Source: Deltaproteobacteria bacterium
GTDB taxonomy: Bacteria > UBA10199 > GCA-002796325 > JACPFF01
Direction: 5' to 3'
Length of the DNA stretch: 64,000 nt
Assembly: GCA_016210045.1 (NCBI GenBank)
Contig: JACQUX010000019.1
Span: 4,102-68,101, forward strand
A model generated the notes under the pieces. It had not been told where the DNA came from, ran no database searches, and saw nothing but the letters and a program-made list of their open reading frames with translations. The position numbers and the translations under genes were made by a program. Positions 1 through 8,526 of this stretch are shown piece by piece. Position 1 is the stretch's first letter; every line of letters starts with the position of its first letter.

Positions 1-147
1 ACAGGGGACTGGTGGCTAGTGACTGGTGGCTGGTAAAAAACGTACGAGTCAAAGTAGTAACACTGGGCGAAAAGCCCAGTGAAAGCGACCTATATAAAGG
101 AGCACGACCACCAAGCCCGAGGCAACACGAGGGCCCCCCGAGTGGCC

Positions 148-218
148 GATATTATGTAACATGGCGGCCGTAAGCGGACCCCATACGCCCCTTGGCGGCC
201 GCCATGTTACATAATATC
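148..218. repeat. Perfect 23-bp inverted repeat (GATATTATGTAACATGGCGGCCG / CGGCCGCCATGTTACATAATATC) with a 25-nt loop, ending 4 nt upstream of the shc ATG
   Basis: Read directly: 148-170 is the exact reverse complement of 196-218. Confidence 0.85.
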
Positions 219-222
219 TCTT

Positions 223-2205
223 ATGCGACGTAATATAGTAACCAAGCCGGACCTCGACGCCACCCTCAGTGGAGCCCTTGACCGTGGGGTCAGCCGACTG
301 CTCTCGCACCAAACCCCAGATGGCTACTGGTGGTATACGCTCGAGGCCAACGAATCGATCGGTGCGGAATATATCTTCCTTGAACATTGCCTCGGCATCC
401 GCACTGCCGGCACATGGGAGCGACTCAGCGCCCGAATGTTGAGCGAACAACATGAAGACGGCAGCTGGCCACTCGCATACGGCTGTCCCGGCGATCTGAA
501 CGCCACGTTAGAATGTTACGTCGCGCTGCGGATGACCGGCCATGCGCCCGAGTCCGCACCGTTATTGCGCGCTCGGCAGTTCATCGTCCGCAATGGCGGT
601 TTGGAACAGGCCCGCGTCTTCACCCAGATCCATTTCGGCCTACTCGGCCTCGTCCCGTGGACACGTCCGCCGGCGATGCCGGTCGAAATTATGCTGTTGC
701 CCAGCTGGGCCCCGTTTTCGATCTATTCGTTCTCCAGTTGGGCGCGGGCTTGCATCGTCCCAATCCTGGTCGTGATGGCGCGCCATCCAGTCTACCCACT
801 GCATCTCCCGCATTTAGTCGCCGAACTGGTGGCCGATCCCGCAGCCGCCGACGCGACCCGGGAACCGCGCGGCGATATTTGGCGGGAATTTTTCCACTGG
901 GTCGATCGGATGCTGAAGCTCACGCAGCCGGTCGTCAAGCGATTGCCAACCAAGGAAATGGCGCTGGATCGCGCCATTGAATGGGTCCGCACCCATTTGG
1001 CCCGCACCGAAGATATTTTCCCCGCGCTCGCGTTTGGCGCGTTGGCGCTGCGGGCGATGGGCCTCCCGGTGACCGACCCGAGCATCACGAAGGCGTTGCG
1101 GGCGCTGCAACGCTTCCAACACACCTATGCCGGTCCCCTCCCCGCGCTGCCCTGCCCTGATCCGCAACTCGATCCCGACGAACGCTGGCGCTACGAACGT
1201 TCGCGCATCGTGTCGGACGCGCCGCAGTTGCACCAGCAGTGCTGCATTTCGCCGGGTTGGGACACGCCGTGGGCGCTGTGTGCGTTGCGCGCGGCCGGCG
1301 TGACACCGCGCCATCCGGCGATTGCCAAGGCCTGCACGTGGTTGCTGCAGCAACAAGTCGTCGGCTGTCACGGCGATTGGCACAAGAAAAACCCGGACGG
1401 TATCCCCGGCGGATGGTCGTTTGAATTCGAAAACGATTACTTCCCCGATATCGACGACACGCTGCAAATTATTCTCGCCCTCGAGGGCCAGCGGGATGCG
1501 GAGTCGGCGGTAGAACGCGCGTTGCGCTGGTGTCTCAGCATGCAAAACGACGACGGCGGATTCGCCGCGTTCGACAAGAACAATTCGCTCGCGTTGGTGA
1601 ACAAGATCCCGTTTGCCGATCACGGCGCCTGTCTCGATCCGTCGACGCCCGATATCACCGGCCGGATGTTGTTGTTACTGGCGCGGCGTGGCTACACCGG
1701 ACGCGACCGCGTGGTGGCCCGCGCGTTAACATATCTCAAGAAGACCCAAGAAGCGGATGGGTCCTGGTTTGGCCGTTGGGGCGTGAATTATCTTTACGGG
1801 ACGTGGGCGGTCCTCAGCGGATTCGCCGCCCTCAGCCATCCGACCCAATCGCGCGAAGTGACGCGGGCCCTCCACTGGCTGCGCGCGGCGCAACAAGACG
1901 ACGGCGGGTTCGGCGAATCGGTTGCGAGCTATCCGGAGAACGGCTACGTCGCGGCGCCGAGCGCTCCGTCCCAAACCGCATGGGGTTTAATGGGCCTGCT
2001 CGCCGCCGGCGCCGCGGCGAGCGACGCGGCCGTCCGTGCCGCGCAGTTTCTGTTAGAGCGACAACAGCCCGACGGCGGCTGGGACGAACGCGCGTTTACC
2101 GGCACCGGCTTCCCCGGCCACTTCTATCTCCGCTACCACGGCTATCGTCACTTCTTCCCCGTCTTGGCGCTCGCGAAATATCGGGCAGCCATATCTTTGG
2201 CTTGA
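223..2205 (+). CDS. shc: Squalene-hopene cyclase
   Basis: 660 aa; multiple QxxxGxW/QW repeats; DIDDT aspartate-rich catalytic motif (FPDIDDTLQI); typical length. Confidence 0.9.
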   Translation: MRRNIVTKPDLDATLSGALDRGVSRLLSHQTPDGYWWYTLEANESIGAEYIFLEHCLGIRTAGTWERLSARMLSEQHEDGSWPLAYGCPGDLNATLECYVALRMTGHAPESAPLLRARQFIVRNGGLEQARVFTQIHFGLLGLVPWTRPPAMPVEIMLLPSWAPFSIYSFSSWARACIVPILVVMARHPVYPLHLPHLVAELVADPAAADATREPRGDIWREFFHWVDRMLKLTQPVVKRLPTKEMALDRAIEWVRTHLARTEDIFPALAFGALALRAMGLPVTDPSITKALRALQRFQHTYAGPLPALPCPDPQLDPDERWRYERSRIVSDAPQLHQQCCISPGWDTPWALCALRAAGVTPRHPAIAKACTWLLQQQVVGCHGDWHKKNPDGIPGGWSFEFENDYFPDIDDTLQIILALEGQRDAESAVERALRWCLSMQNDDGGFAAFDKNNSLALVNKIPFADHGACLDPSTPDITGRMLLLLARRGYTGRDRVVARALTYLKKTQEADGSWFGRWGVNYLYGTWAVLSGFAALSHPTQSREVTRALHWLRAAQQDDGGFGESVASYPENGYVAAPSAPSQTAWGLMGLLAAGAAASDAAVRAAQFLLERQQPDGGWDERAFTGTGFPGHFYLRYHGYRHFFPVLALAKYRAAISLA

Positions 2206-2236
2206 CCAAACCGTATTTGGTCGTTACGCTGTCTGT

Positions 2237-2458
2237 ATGAGTTCCCGACCGACGTTGCGCAAAAAGACGCTGTTATTGCCGCAAGATGTCCTGACGCAGG
2301 CCCAGGCCTTTCTCAAAGTCCGCACGGAACGGGAAACGGTGATCCGCTCGCTGGAAGAAGTCCTGTGGCGGCGTCACTTGCAATGTTTCTTAGCACGACG
2401 CCCGTGGAAAGGCTTCCGTCTCACTCAGCGCGATCTGGCCCGGATGCGTCGGGAGTAA
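2237..2458 (+). CDS. Type II antitoxin (VapB-like), partner of the downstream PIN toxin
   Basis: 73-aa basic protein; stop is 3 nt before the PIN-domain gene start; classic small-upstream/PIN-downstream arrangement. Confidence 0.6.
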   Translation: MSSRPTLRKKTLLLPQDVLTQAQAFLKVRTERETVIRSLEEVLWRRHLQCFLARRPWKGFRLTQRDLARMRRE

Positions 2459-2461
2459 CAC

Positions 2462-2836
2462 GTGTATCTGATCGACACTTCGGCCTGGATCAATTTTCTC
2501 CGCAAGCGCGATGATCGCTTAGTGCCGTTTCTGGAAAGTCGAACGGCAGCCCATACGGATATTGTGGTTTTCGAGCTGTTGTCAGGCATTCCGAGTGCTG
2601 ATCAATCGGAACTGAACCGTTTTCTCGCACTGTTCGCGTCGCTCCCGCTGACACAGGCTGCCGCGCTCAAAGCCGCAGCGGTCGCCAGCACGATGCGTCG
2701 TGCCGGCACGCGCCCTCAGACCACGGACATGTTAATCGCCGGCGTCGCTTTGATTCACGATGCGACTCTCATCCATCGCGACAGCGATTTTGAACGGATC
2801 AAGCGGTATTGCCCCTTATCGACGATTGAACTGTGA
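2462..2836 (+). CDS. vapC: PIN-domain ribonuclease toxin VapC
   Basis: 124 aa; conserved acidic residues at D5 (LIDTS), E (VFELL), D (TDMLIA), D (HRDSDF), typical of VapC PIN. Confidence 0.8.
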   Translation: MYLIDTSAWINFLRKRDDRLVPFLESRTAAHTDIVVFELLSGIPSADQSELNRFLALFASLPLTQAAALKAAAVASTMRRAGTRPQTTDMLIAGVALIHDATLIHRDSDFERIKRYCPLSTIEL

Positions 2837-2856
2837 GCGCATCGCATCGGACACCA

Positions 2857-3168
2857 TCACGATTTCCCCTTCCGCTCTCGCGGGCGCAGCCGGATGCGGG
2901 CTTCGATTTCGAGTTCGTGGTCGCGGAATAAATTCTTGGCCAGTTGCACGACATCGACACTCTGAAAGGCGCGCTGGATCTCGTGACGGATCAGTTTGAG
3001 GATCTCGTGTTTTCGTTTGTCGACTTGCGCCAGCACAAACGCGGTGGCGTCGCGTGGCAGGCTCAGCTCCTGGATCGCCTTGCGGACCCCTTCTTCAGTC
3101 ATCCAGAGCGCGCCGACACCCATGCGGATCAGCTTACTGAGTCGACCAGGGGCATCGCGCTCGCTCAT
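2857..3168 (-). CDS. Hypothetical small helical protein (phasin-like?)
   Basis: 103-aa ORF; 4-nt overlap (ATGA-type) with the downstream SRPBCC gene suggests an operon; no confident family. Confidence 0.4.
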   Translation of the reverse strand: MSERDAPGRLSKLIRMGVGALWMTEEGVRKAIQELSLPRDATAFVLAQVDKRKHEILKLIRHEIQRAFQSVDVVQLAKNLFRDHELEIEARIRLRPRERKGKS

Positions 3169-3626
3169 TGGCGTCCCTTTGTTTTGCGCGGGCGGCCGGT
3201 TTTCACTTTCGCCTCCGCGCGCGCTTTAAAGGCCGCGAGCGTCGCGGGGAGATTCCCTTCGACCAGGGCGTTTGTGACCATTTTCGGCACCAGCATCCCG
3301 AGTCCGATATCGACCGTGTACGTCGCTTCCGTGCCACCGTTGGCGGTCTTCAATGCCCAGCTGCCATCGTTACTGCGCATGAATTGGCCTTGGACCAAAT
3401 GCCAGCGCACGCCCTGCGGCGGTGCGAGTTGCATCCGCAACGTGTAGTGGATCGTGGTCATCAGTTGGAGGCGAAACTCCACGTCTTGGCAATCGCCGTC
3501 GGTCCGCACCACACGTGCCGACGTGACATCGCTTAAGAATTCCGGATAGGCGGCGAAATCCGTAATGACCGCAAATACCCGCTCGATTGGGGCATTAATC
3601 AGTATCGTCCGTGTCACACTCGCCAT
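3165..3626 (-). CDS. SRPBCC (START/Bet v1-like, polyketide cyclase/dehydrase-type) ligand-binding protein
   Basis: About 150 aa from MASVTRTILINAPIERVFAVITDFAAYPEF..., which is the characteristic N-terminus of cyclase/dehydrase/CoxG-type SRPBCC proteins. The ORF-track start at 3689 is probably an extension. Confidence 0.65.
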   Translation of the reverse strand: MASVTRTILINAPIERVFAVITDFAAYPEFLSDVTSARVVRTDGDCQDVEFRLQLMTTIHYTLRMQLAPPQGVRWHLVQGQFMRSNDGSWALKTANGGTEATYTVDIGLGMLVPKMVTNALVEGNLPATLAAFKARAEAKVKTGRPRKTKGRQ

Positions 3627-3628
3627 AG

Positions 3629-3751
3629 GGGGCCTCGCATAATACCCCATCTGCGTCGTTGCCCGACAAGCCGCGATCCTCACGTACAACCGAGTACGCT
3701 CCGGTCGCGGCTTGCCGGGCGCCTCGCATCTGGGGCATTCTTCAAGGCCCC
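3629..3751. repeat. Complex hairpin repeat element, copy 1 (family shared with 57033-57150)
   Basis: Conserved 5' block CCCATCTGCGTCGTTG, a 16-bp stem (GCCCGACAAGCCGCG/CGCGGCTTGCCGGGC) enclosing a conserved 30-nt loop ATCCTCACGTACAACCGAGTACGCTCCGGT, and outer GGGGGCC/GGCCCCC arms. Confidence 0.7.
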
Positions 3752-3761
3752 CGACAGATAG

Positions 3762-4733
3762 TTACGTATTCGGAATGCGACTCTTATGATGGCATTCGAT
3801 ATACCGGACCGTCCCGGTCTTGCCGCGCATCACGACGGAGTTCGTTTCATAGCGGATGCCGCCTAAGAACCGCACGCCTTTCAAGAAGTCGCCGTCCGTG
3901 ACGCCGGTCATCGAGAACACGACCGGGCCGCGCGCCAAGTCCTGCAGCGTATAGACACGGTTCAAATCCGTGATGCCCATTTTTTTGGCCCGCGCCCGTT
4001 CGTCGTCGTTGCGGAAGATGAGTCGGCCTTGAATGTCGCCGCCCATACACATCAGCGCAGCGGCCGCCAACACCCCTTCCGGCGCCCCACCGATCCCCAT
4101 CAGCAAGTCGACGCCGCGCGACGGACGACAGGTCGCGATTGCGCCGGAGACATCGCCGTCCGGGATCAGCTTGATCCGCGCTCCGGAGCGACGCACTTCC
4201 ATGATCAGGTCTTCGTGGCGCGGGCGATCGAGAATGACCACGGTCAAATCTTCGACGCCGCACCGCTTCGCCTTCGCGATCCGCTTCAAATTTTCCGTCG
4301 GCGTCGCTTCCAAATTGATCAGGCCTTTTCCGGCCGGCCCGACGGCGATCTTGTCCATATAGACATCCGGCGCATTGAGGAATCCGCCGCGTTCCGTGGC
4401 TGCAATGACGGCGCTCGCGTTGTTGCCGCCGCGCGCGGTGATCGACGTGCCTTCCAGGGGATCGAGTGCAATGTCCAACTCCGGACCCTTGCCGGTGCCG
4501 ACTTCCTCGCCGATGTACAACATCGGGGCCTCGTCGCGTTCCCCTTCACCGATCACGATACGTCCGCGGATCTCGAGCATATTGAGTCGGTCGCGCATCG
4601 CATTCACGGCGACTTGGTCGGCCTCGCGTTCGTTGCCGCGGCCCATCAAGCGTGCGGCCGCGATCGCGGCGGCCTCGGTGACTCGTACCAATTCTAACGC
4701 CAAGTTGCGGTCGGTGAGTGTGGTCGTGTCCAT
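3762..4733 (-). CDS. glpX: Fructose-1,6-bisphosphatase class II (GlpX)
   Basis: Strong similarity along the length to GlpX (LALELVRVTEAAA..., PMLYIGEEVG, LNAPDVYMDK, IPDGDV). Start taken at the MDTTTL internal Met. Confidence 0.9.
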   Translation of the reverse strand: MDTTTLTDRNLALELVRVTEAAAIAAARLMGRGNEREADQVAVNAMRDRLNMLEIRGRIVIGEGERDEAPMLYIGEEVGTGKGPELDIALDPLEGTSITARGGNNASAVIAATERGGFLNAPDVYMDKIAVGPAGKGLINLEATPTENLKRIAKAKRCGVEDLTVVILDRPRHEDLIMEVRRSGARIKLIPDGDVSGAIATCRPSRGVDLLMGIGGAPEGVLAAAALMCMGGDIQGRLIFRNDDERARAKKMGITDLNRVYTLQDLARGPVVFSMTGVTDGDFLKGVRFLGGIRYETNSVVMRGKTGTVRYIECHHKSRIPNT

Positions 4734-4780
4734 AAAACGCTCCTTCAGTTTGCGTAAGCAGTGCCGCAGCAAGTGCATGC

Positions 4781-5677
4781 TCACTCCTCACGCGTTTTCG
4801 CTCGGATCCACTGGGATTCCGCCATATAGGAACTGCGCACAAAAGGGCCGGAGAAGACGTGCCGAAACCCGAGCGCTGCACCGAATTGTTGATACTGCGC
4901 GAATTGCGCGGGTGGGACAAATTCTGCGACCGGGTAGTGCTGTGCCGTCGGCTGGAGATATTGGCCGATCGTGACGACGTCGCAACCGACGTCGCGCAAA
5001 TCGCGCAGCGCCTGTTCCATCTCGGTCGGCGATTCGCCCAGCCCGACCATCAGGCCGGATTTCGTCATGGTCTGCGGGAACAAGGTCTTGAAATGTTGCA
5101 ACACGGCCAGCGAGCGATCGTAGCGGGCCTTGCTGCGAATCTGTGGCGTTAAGCGCCGCACGGTTTCCAGGTTGTGATTAAAGATGTCGGGTGCGGCGAC
5201 ACCGACGATTTGCAGGCAATCCGTGCGGTCGTGAAAATCGGGCACTAACACTTCGATCGTCGTAGATGGCGTGGCGGCACGAATGGCGTGGATCGTCGCG
5301 GCGAAATGGGCGGCGCCCTCATCCGGGAGATCGTCGCGCGCGACCGACGTGACGACCACGTGATGCAGCCCCATGGCGGCGACTTGTTCCGCGACGTGGC
5401 GCGGTTCATCCGGATCCAACGGCGCGCCGCGCCCATGTTGCACGGCGCAGAAGCGACACGCGCGAGTACAGACCTCGCCGCAGATCATGAACGTGGCCGT
5501 GCCGCGCGAAAAGCATTCGCCGATATTGGGACAGCGCGCCTCTTCACAGACGGTCGTCAAGCGTCGTGCCCGCAAATGGCTCTTCAACGCGTGGATGGCC
5601 TGGTAATCCCCCGCCGATTTTTTCAACCACGGCGGAAGGCGGCCGATCCGGCCTTGTGGGGCGTTAGGCTGCGTCAC
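4781..5677 (-). CDS. lipA: Lipoyl synthase
   Basis: CEEARCPNIGECF and radical-SAM motif CGEVCTRACRFC; PPWLKK N-terminal motif. The start is ambiguous (GTG at 5677 or ATG at 5776); the 438-aa ORF-track extension is non-coding. Confidence 0.85.
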   Translation of the reverse strand: MTQPNAPQGRIGRLPPWLKKSAGDYQAIHALKSHLRARRLTTVCEEARCPNIGECFSRGTATFMICGEVCTRACRFCAVQHGRGAPLDPDEPRHVAEQVAAMGLHHVVVTSVARDDLPDEGAAHFAATIHAIRAATPSTTIEVLVPDFHDRTDCLQIVGVAAPDIFNHNLETVRRLTPQIRSKARYDRSLAVLQHFKTLFPQTMTKSGLMVGLGESPTEMEQALRDLRDVGCDVVTIGQYLQPTAQHYPVAEFVPPAQFAQYQQFGAALGFRHVFSGPFVRSSYMAESQWIRAKTREE

Positions 5678-5763
5678 GAAGCGCCTCTTAGTCGCGAACG
5701 TGCGGTGCGTCAATGGAAAGCGGCTTTCTCCTAGTGACTGGTGAAGCGGGCTGGCAAGTCGAT

Positions 5764-6180
5764 TCAGCGCCCACATTTGCCGCGTATCGTGCTGGCGTAG
5801 TGATGGGCCACGCAGCGGACGGGATTGTCCGCTAAAAAAAGCCACTGCGAACATGTGGCTTCGAGGGCCTGGCGGAAACGGTTTTGCGCCTCGGCATCGG
5901 ATTCGCAATGGAGATCGACCGACAATGTCGCTTCGCCGAATTTTTGTCTGAACGTATAGCTGCCAAATTCTGAATCGGAGTATTCCTTGTCTCCGCTGTC
6001 TTCTTTCACAACACCGTTCTCCATCAGGAACGACCCATGGCTCGAGGAAGTTGTGATCGTACAGCCGATCCCAGCGAGGCAGACTAGAGCCGCCCAACGC
6101 GTCAGTCCAATAGCGATTGGATCGACAGGCCGTGCTGCGGCGCGACCGACACTCCGTCGTCCCGACGGAGATGCCAGCAT
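5764..6180 (-). CDS. Small lipoprotein, hypothetical
   Basis: Signal peptide with lipobox LAGIGC; locally lower GC. Start at MLASPSG assumed. Confidence 0.45.
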   Translation of the reverse strand: MLASPSGRRSVGRAAARPVDPIAIGLTRWAALVCLAGIGCTITTSSSHGSFLMENGVVKEDSGDKEYSDSEFGSYTFRQKFGEATLSVDLHCESDAEAQNRFRQALEATCSQWLFLADNPVRCVAHHYASTIRGKCGR

Positions 6181-6372
6181 CGTGAAATGCGATCCGCGCG
6201 GATTTGGCGCCACCGCGGTCCCAACTCCCTCAGACCGCCGAGTCCGTGCCGCGTGCACTGCATGCACGCCATTCCGAAACACTCGAATATTGCCCATATG
6301 CCCTGCCCTCCTTCGCTCCCATTATCGGCCGCATGCTGAATAAGTTGCGTGGAGAGATATCTGCGTGATCCA

Positions 6373-8526
6373 TCACCCCACCTGCCCTAATTGCAGCCGC
6401 TCGCCCCAGTGGGCGATGACGGCGGTGCGGAGAGCGGGGTTGGCGGCGAGCGTCGGGTCGTCGTGGATCAGTTGGAATGCGGCGTCACGGGCCTCGCGCA
6501 GGACGTCGGCGTCTTCGAGCAACCGCGTGACACGAAAACCGGGGAGACCCGATTGGCGAGTGCCGAGGAATTCGCCGGGACCGCGCAGCCGCAGATCCTC
6601 TTCGGCTATCCGGAAGCCGTCGGTCGTTTCACACAAGACTCTCAAACGCGCATAGGCCTCGTCGCCCAAGCGATTACTGCTGACGAGAATGCAATACGAT
6701 TGATGCATGCCGCGTCCCACGCGGCCGCGGAGTTGATGCAATTGCGATAATCCAAAACGTTCCGCGTGCTCGATCACCATTACCGACGCATTCGGGACGT
6801 CGACGCCCACTTCCACTACTGACGTCGTCGCGAGGATCTGCGCGTCACCCGACTTGAAGGCTTGCATCACGGCGGCCTTTTCGTCGGTCTCCATTCGGCC
6901 GTGCAGCAGGGCCACGCGATAGGTCGGGCCAAAGGCCACCGTCAGTTCAGCCGCCATATCCGTGGCGTTTTTCAGATCCACTTTTTCGCTTTCGGCGACT
7001 AACGGATAGACGACGTAGGCTTGGCGTCCGCGGGCCAGTTCTTTGCGCATCCCGTCGTACAAGCGCACGCGCTGCACTTCAGTGTAGTGCTTCGTGACGA
7101 TCGGCGTGCGGCCGACCGGCAATTCATCCAACACCGACGTGTCGAGGTCGCCGAAATAGGTCATCGCGAGCGTCCGCGGAATCGGCGTGGCCGACAGGAC
7201 CAACAAATGTGGGCACGTTGCCTTTTGGTGCAACACGAAACGCTGCATCACACCAAAGCGGTGTTGCTCGTCGATCACGATCAGTCCGAGACGCGCGAAT
7301 TGGATATCGTCTTCCAGCAATGCGTGTGTCCCGATCAGCAACGGCAATTCCCCGGCGCCCAGCTGCGCGACGATTTGGCGCCGTTCCGCCGTGCGGGTCT
7401 TGGCCGTCAGCAGCGCCAACGGGATCCCGAGTTGGGCACACCACGGAGTCAGCGTCTGCCGATGTTGTTCGGCCAAGATCTCAGTCGGGGCCATAAACGC
7501 AACTTGCCAGCCGGCCGCGATCGCCTGCACACAGGCCCCAGCGGCAACGGCGGTCTTGCCGCTGCCGACATCGCCTTGCACTAAGCGTTGCATCGGACGG
7601 CCGGATTGTAAGTCGGTCGCGATTTCGGACCAGACGCGCCGTTGCGCCACCGTCAGCGTGAACGGGAAACAGCTGCAGAGCGCGGTTTCGCGGGCTGGGT
7701 CCCACGGGATGCGCGCGGCGCTCCGTTGTTCCACTTGGGCACGCCGCAACGCGAGGCCCAGTTCAAGCAACAGGGCCTCTTCAAAAATGAGTCGTCGGTG
7801 CGCGGCACTGCGACGCGCGTTCAACGCGGCAACATCCGTGGTTGCCTCGGGAAAATGCAGCGCCTCCAGCGCCTCGCGTCGACCGATCAGTTGATAGTGG
7901 TCCGCCAACGCTGGCGGGAGCGGGTCCGTCAGCTGCGGGGCAAAACGGTCCCAGGCGACCGCGACGATCTTGCGCACGAGGCGCTGGCTGACCCCTTCGG
8001 TCAACGGATAGACCGGCAACAGGCGTGCCGCCGTGTTGGCGTCGGTGCCGTCGTCGACGGCTTCAATTTCTGGATGAATGAACTGTTTGACGCCGCCGAA
8101 CTGCGTGACCTCGCCGTAGAGCAGGACCCATTGGCCGACCGGGAGGATGCGTCGCAAATAGTCCTCGCGAAAATGAAACCACTTGGCCACTACTGGGCCG
8201 CTCCCGTCGTCGCACAACACCTCGAACACCGGCCGCCGTTGTCGGCCGATCACGCCGGCCCCGCACGATCGGACCCGCGCGAGCACGCTGCGCTCCGGTC
8301 CCACCGCCACATCTCCGGTGCGGTCAATCTGACGACGGTCGATATAGCGATGCGGCAAGTGCCACAACAGATCGGCGACAGTGCGGATTTCCAGACGCAG
8401 GAGCCGTGCCGCAAGCCCAGGACCGACCCCTTTCAGATATTGCACCGGGGTTGAGAGGTCCTGCACTCGCGGCGGAAAGTTAGTCGCCGTTGAGGACGGT
8501 AAATTCTGTACGGCGGTTTTTGGCAC
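6373..8526 (-). CDS. recG: ATP-dependent DNA helicase RecG
   Basis: 717 aa; wedge-domain N-terminus (LKGVGPGLAARL...LPHRYIDR); DEAH-type helicase motifs (GDVGSGKT, VIDEQHRFG, QLRGRVGRG). Confidence 0.9.
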   Translation of the reverse strand: MPKTAVQNLPSSTATNFPPRVQDLSTPVQYLKGVGPGLAARLLRLEIRTVADLLWHLPHRYIDRRQIDRTGDVAVGPERSVLARVRSCGAGVIGRQRRPVFEVLCDDGSGPVVAKWFHFREDYLRRILPVGQWVLLYGEVTQFGGVKQFIHPEIEAVDDGTDANTAARLLPVYPLTEGVSQRLVRKIVAVAWDRFAPQLTDPLPPALADHYQLIGRREALEALHFPEATTDVAALNARRSAAHRRLIFEEALLLELGLALRRAQVEQRSAARIPWDPARETALCSCFPFTLTVAQRRVWSEIATDLQSGRPMQRLVQGDVGSGKTAVAAGACVQAIAAGWQVAFMAPTEILAEQHRQTLTPWCAQLGIPLALLTAKTRTAERRQIVAQLGAGELPLLIGTHALLEDDIQFARLGLIVIDEQHRFGVMQRFVLHQKATCPHLLVLSATPIPRTLAMTYFGDLDTSVLDELPVGRTPIVTKHYTEVQRVRLYDGMRKELARGRQAYVVYPLVAESEKVDLKNATDMAAELTVAFGPTYRVALLHGRMETDEKAAVMQAFKSGDAQILATTSVVEVGVDVPNASVMVIEHAERFGLSQLHQLRGRVGRGMHQSYCILVSSNRLGDEAYARLRVLCETTDGFRIAEEDLRLRGPGEFLGTRQSGLPGFRVTRLLEDADVLREARDAAFQLIHDDPTLAANPALRTAVIAHWGERLQLGQVG

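Noticed and set aside
49-453. 134-aa minus-strand ORF at the window start
   Set aside because: Antisense to the shc 5' end and spanning the palindrome; no coding features.
5678-6097. N-terminal 140-aa extension of the lipA ORF (438 aa total)
   Set aside because: LipA homology begins about 45 residues before the PPWLKK motif. The upstream part overlaps the lipoprotein gene in another frame and has no similarity to LipA.
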